A stretch of 64,000 nucleotides of DNA from Eledone cirrhosa (Eukaryota): contig OZ024742.1 of the NCBI GenBank assembly GCA_964016885.1, positions 329,158,001-329,222,000 of the forward strand. Direction: 5' to 3'. Positions 59,373 through 64,000 of the stretch are shown here, in pieces. A program made the position numbers and the translations under genes. The notes under the pieces are model-generated. The model saw only the letters and a program-made list of their open reading frames with translations, made no database searches and was not told the origin of the DNA. The first letter of the stretch is position 1. The number at the start of each line of letters is the position of its first letter.

Positions 59373-60787
59373 TATACATATATATTATACTTTGCTATGT
59401 ACTGAGTACCTCGCTTACTGTGGTTACCCCTGATTGGACACTGGATATACTTATATATATGTGTGTGTGTGTGTGACATTGGCTCTTTATATTTTCAGAA
59501 GGCATGCGTCCCGGTTTTTCGAACGAGAGAACGGCCTGGTGTGAAATTAAAGTGCAAGTGGTTAAGCATTACACTGACATTTGCATTTTTAACGTAGTTG
59601 TCATTGCAATACACTTTGATAAGGGCCGTTCTTTGGGTTGCTGGTGCAACTCAGTAACCCATACATATATAGCTGAATATACACACACGTACATACACAG
59701 ACACACATGCTGAAATTACGTACAAAATCGGGCATCACTCAATATTTTATTTGTAACCCAAGGCCGCGTCAGCAGATACTTGCAGATGTGTTGCGTATTA
59801 TGATCGAACCAAAACCACAAGTTTACAAAGGGAACGTCGTAATCAAATAACCAGATATTATGGTAGCTTGAAAGACAAAATCAATGCTGCAATCTTATAA
59901 TTTATTTTTTGGAAGCGAAATGTTCAAAAGGCAAAATGTTCAAAAGGGAAAATGTAGGGAAAATAAAATTCTTAAAATAACGGCTCATATTATGGATTTT
60001 AATTTGAAGTGCTGAGGCAGACTGCTAATCTCTAAAAACTCAAACGAGGAGTACCAAAACGGGGACAAATGAGGCAAAATGGGAACATTTTACATAATGA
60101 AATGTATACCAATTTTCACAATAGAAGACATCTCTCACCACCCCAAAATGGGTGGGAGATCTCTCTGTCGGACTGGAGAGTTGTCAGGTCTGCTGAGGCT
60201 ATAATAAATCTGAAATGGATTGTTAACTTGTTATAAAGATTAAGCAGAAACATAATGTATAAAGTAGGTATCTACTAATAGAGAGCAATAAAATGAAATA
60301 AGAATGTATATGAATTGAATGGAGGCGTGAATGAAAAGAATGTTTCTAGAAAAATTATTTGACGCCAAATATTTGCAGAAAATAATAAACTTGGGGCTAT
60401 AGCGATCAGGCATTTCAGTTATGGGGTTAAGAAACCAGAAAAGAAAATGGTACATATTCTCATGTGTATGTTTGTGTACAATTCTCAGTACAGCCGTATA
60501 CACATGTCAATGTGTGTATTGTCAAGTATGTATATGTGTATATATTTTTCTGTATATCTGTTTATATATGTGTGGGTAGTCTTAAGTGTGTGTGCGTGTG
60601 TGAATAATCTTGGTATATACGTGTGTATCTGTGTGTGGCTATGTCTCCGTATGAATGAAATGCGAATATAACGAAATGTCACTGAGATTGATTGATAGTG
60701 ACACGACTGAGAAAACGATAATTAAAAGAGTCAACTAATTCCGTTACACAATGTATATATATATATATAGATTTACATACACACACA

Positions 60788-60891
<104 letters not shown>

Positions 60892-60959
60892 CATATATAT
60901 ATATGTCTATATATATATACAAATTTGTTAACGAAGCTAACGGAAGAGGGGGAACCTGA

Positions 60960-61014
<55 letters not shown>

Positions 61015-61241
61015 AACCGAAAAAATGAAACGATATTTCATTTCCCACTCTTAGTACGGCTGTTACTTAAATATAAGTATGTACACGTACATACATATAT
61101 GTATACCGACGTACAGTAGATGCACGTATGGATTCACCGAACATTTATTATAATGCTCGGTGTGTTTGTAAACAAACATCCGTATTAAGCCGTAGTGTCT
61201 AGCAACCACCGTTGCTCGTTTGTTCAACACTGACAAAGGAA

Positions 61242-61282
61242 CGCTGTACTAGTTTCAAGCTTGTTAGCTATCGTCAGCAACG
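61242..61282 (-). ncRNA. Minimal type I hammerhead ribozyme, family C
   Basis: Same sequence as 25143-25183. Confidence 0.9.
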
Positions 61283-61405
61283 TATACCTTCCTGCCAGAT
61301 TGTTGAACGTATATACTTACCTTATGCATATTAACGGCTGATTATATTATATTATATTATGCATAAGGTAAGTATATACGTTCAACAATCTGGCAGGAAG
61401 GTATA

Positions 61406-61446
61406 CGTTGCTGACGATAGCTAACAAGCTTGAAACTAGTACAGCG
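61406..61446 (+). ncRNA. Minimal type I hammerhead ribozyme, family C
   Basis: Same sequence as 25600-25640. Confidence 0.9.
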
Positions 61447-61509
61447 TTCCTTTGTCAGTGTTGAACAAACGAGCAACGGTGGTTGCTAGACACTACGGCT
61501 TAATACGGG

Positions 61510-61713
61510 GTGGATTGGCAGTATCGGTAGAGGGTCGGACGCCATGCTTTCCAGCATAGTTACGTCCCTTTACGATCTGAGTTCAAATCCCGCCGAGGTT
61601 GACTTTGCCTTTCATCCTTACGGGGTCGATAAAATAAAGTACCAGTAATGCACTGGGTAATTGCTGGCCTTGTGCCTAAAGTAGAAACAATTATATTATA
61701 TTATATTATATTA
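61510..61713 (+). mobile_element. Family 1 SINE with (ATTAT)n tail, inside the HHR repeat
   Basis: Clean A/B boxes and core; replaces ~25 bp of the host unit. Confidence 0.92.
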
Positions 61714-62081
61714 TAATAAATGTTCGGTGAATCCATACGTGCATATATATATATGTGTGCATGTATGTATATATATATATATATACATACTACTGTACGT
61801 CGGTATACATATATGTATGTACGTGTACATACTTATATTTAAGTAACATATATATATACATACTACTGTACGTCGGTATACATATATGTATGTACGTGTA
61901 CATACTTATATTTAAGTAACAGCCGTACTAAGAGTGGGAAATGAAATATCGTTTCATTTTTTCCGTTTATCGTTTTCGGTGCACCCGGCCGATTAACCCA
62001 CTCGATATGCAAATTGGGCTACTCAGCCGTTAATATGCATAAGGTAAGTATATACGTTCAACAATCTGTCAGGAAGGTATA

Positions 62082-62122
62082 CGTTGCTGACGATAGCTAA
62101 CAAGCTTGAAACTAGTACAGCG
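62082..62122 (+). ncRNA. Minimal type I hammerhead ribozyme, family C
   Basis: Same sequence as 25600-25640. Confidence 0.9.
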
Positions 62123-62328
62123 TTCCTTTGTCAGTGTTGAACAAACGAGCAACGGTGGTTGCTAGACACTACGGCTTAATACGGGATGTTTGTTTACAAA
62201 CACACCGAGCATTATAATAAATGTTCGGTGAATCCATACGTGCATATATATATATGTGTGCATGTATGTATATATATATATACATACTACTGTACGTCGG
62301 TATACATATATGTATGTACGTGTACATA

Positions 62329-62467
<139 letters not shown>

Positions 62468-63259
62468 ATAATAAATATGTATATATGTGTGTGTGTGAAA
62501 AATATATATATCAATGTGTGTGTGTGTGTGTGTGCACGTGCGTATATGTATGTCTGTGTATGTTTGGGATTGTGTAAACTTCCACCGGTTTTGACGATGA
62601 GTGATCCAGATGTTCGATTAACTGAGAAGCTTGGTTATGAACTAGCCTACAAATGCCAGATAATCCCGCACACGTGTAAACTAAAAGGAATTCTCAAGGT
62701 GATTCAGCATGATACATTGTACGACAAGTTTTGCCATTTGAAGTACGGTAAAATCCAATCTTTCCTGCTAAGTGAAATGGACCAACCTGAAAGAAAAAGA
62801 AAATGTCATGTTTGAGGACTCCGCGCCACTGCGAAATGGAACTTACGACTTTAAGATGGTGGGTTAAGCACCCTAGCCACAAACTATAAGCTTTCACACA
62901 CAGATTCATCCCATCCCTATACATATATATATATATATATATATATGAATGTATGTCAATATACCGTATGTTTAATTAAAAACATTTAGAAGACGAAACG
63001 CTATCAGTTTTAAAGTAGTGACTATGTCACTTAATTCTTTTCAGCGCAGGAAGGGAGAGAAACTGACAGTCTGTTTCACGCTGGTTGGTGTTCATTAGTC
63101 ACGTACACCCCTGCGTTCGGCGAAAATTATAGAAGCTGGGTTCTTATAGAATTCCATTAATAATTAGCAGCTGATTATACAGAGCGATTGCAATCCAGCA
63201 GAAATTAGGTATTAGGATTGGTTCTCTGAAATAGAGATTCATACATGAATGTATGTATA

Positions 63260-63316
<57 letters not shown>

Positions 63317-63320
63317 AAGA

Positions 63321-63550
63321 TATATTTAAAATTGTTGGGTTACAACTAGTAAATATTTATAACTGATATAAAAGCACTCGACAAATACTTGGAGTATATT
63401 TACAATATTAAATAAATGGAAAACTATATTTATAAAACCATATTTATTTCATTATATATATTTCGGGGATATCATATTAACAATATGCTATGCCTTCATC
63501 AGACAAAATACAATATAAACAGTTTTATAGATAAATATATTCGACATACC
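63321..63550 (-). mobile_element. Family E pLTR plus tail with HHR at 63446-63509
   Basis: Matches 46506-46730; attttgt-CTGATGA-aggcatagcatatt..aatatgatatcccc-GAAA-TATATA-TA-atgaaat. Confidence 0.8.
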
Positions 63551-63626
63551 GTAATAAACATCAACTTCATTTGAAGAGGTTTACTCTAGCAGTATTTAAT
63601 ATTGTATATATATATATATATATATA

Positions 63627-63788
63627 CCGTATTCCCCGGCACCGAAGACGCCTCGTCCTTGAGGACGCACCTTAATTTTGAAAAGAACTTTAAAAAAATA
63701 ATAAACAACATTCAGCCTCCAGGACGCATAGTGGATGTTTTAGACTTAATTTAGGAATAAAGTACGTCTTCGACGCGGCGAAATACAG
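63627..63788. mobile_element. MITE derived from a pogo/Tc2-type (Tc1/mariner superfamily) DNA transposon
   Basis: TA|ccgtattccccggcaccgaagacg ... cgtcttcgacgcggcgaaatacag|TA imperfect TIRs, internal g(a/g)acgca repeats, TA TSD. Confidence 0.7.
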
Positions 63789-64000
63789 TATATATATACA
63801 AATACGGGCGGGCAAGCCTGTGCTAATAAGGAATTTACTTTGCAACCACGTGGATGGATACGGGTACAGTCACATTTCTCTTATGTTATGAATTAAATAT
63901 ATCTCTCTACTTCTTATCATACAGTCACCTCCCTCATTTTGTATTTGTTTTGTATGTAGTTATCGCCTACATCGCCGCTATCCCTACACTTTTGAATCAT

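Overview
AT-rich eukaryotic DNA packed with (TA)n/(CA)n microsatellites and retroelements. The repeat content looks like an octopus/cephalopod genome, which is inference only. I see no credible host protein-coding gene; almost all 'YIYIYI' ORFs are microsatellite artefacts. Recognisable content: several Penelope-like elements (PLEs; RT + C-terminal GIY-YIG) in inverted/tandem arrangements, one near-intact RTE LINE (APE+RT), decayed Tx1/L1 and RTE fragments, at least three SINE-like families and a pogo/Tc2-type MITE. The most striking signal is RNA-level: about 20 minimal type I hammerhead ribozyme (HHR) motifs from about 8 sequence families. One family is a non-coding, highly structured ~423-nt tandem monomer with one HHR per unit, present at three loci (24.9-25.9, 38.7-39.6, 61.0-62.3 kb). 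Each locus has inverted plus tandem copies; the 25 and 61 kb loci end in (TA)n. This is the architecture expected of a PLE-mobilised, circRNA-producing retrozyme. Coordinates were read by eye and may be off by a few bases.
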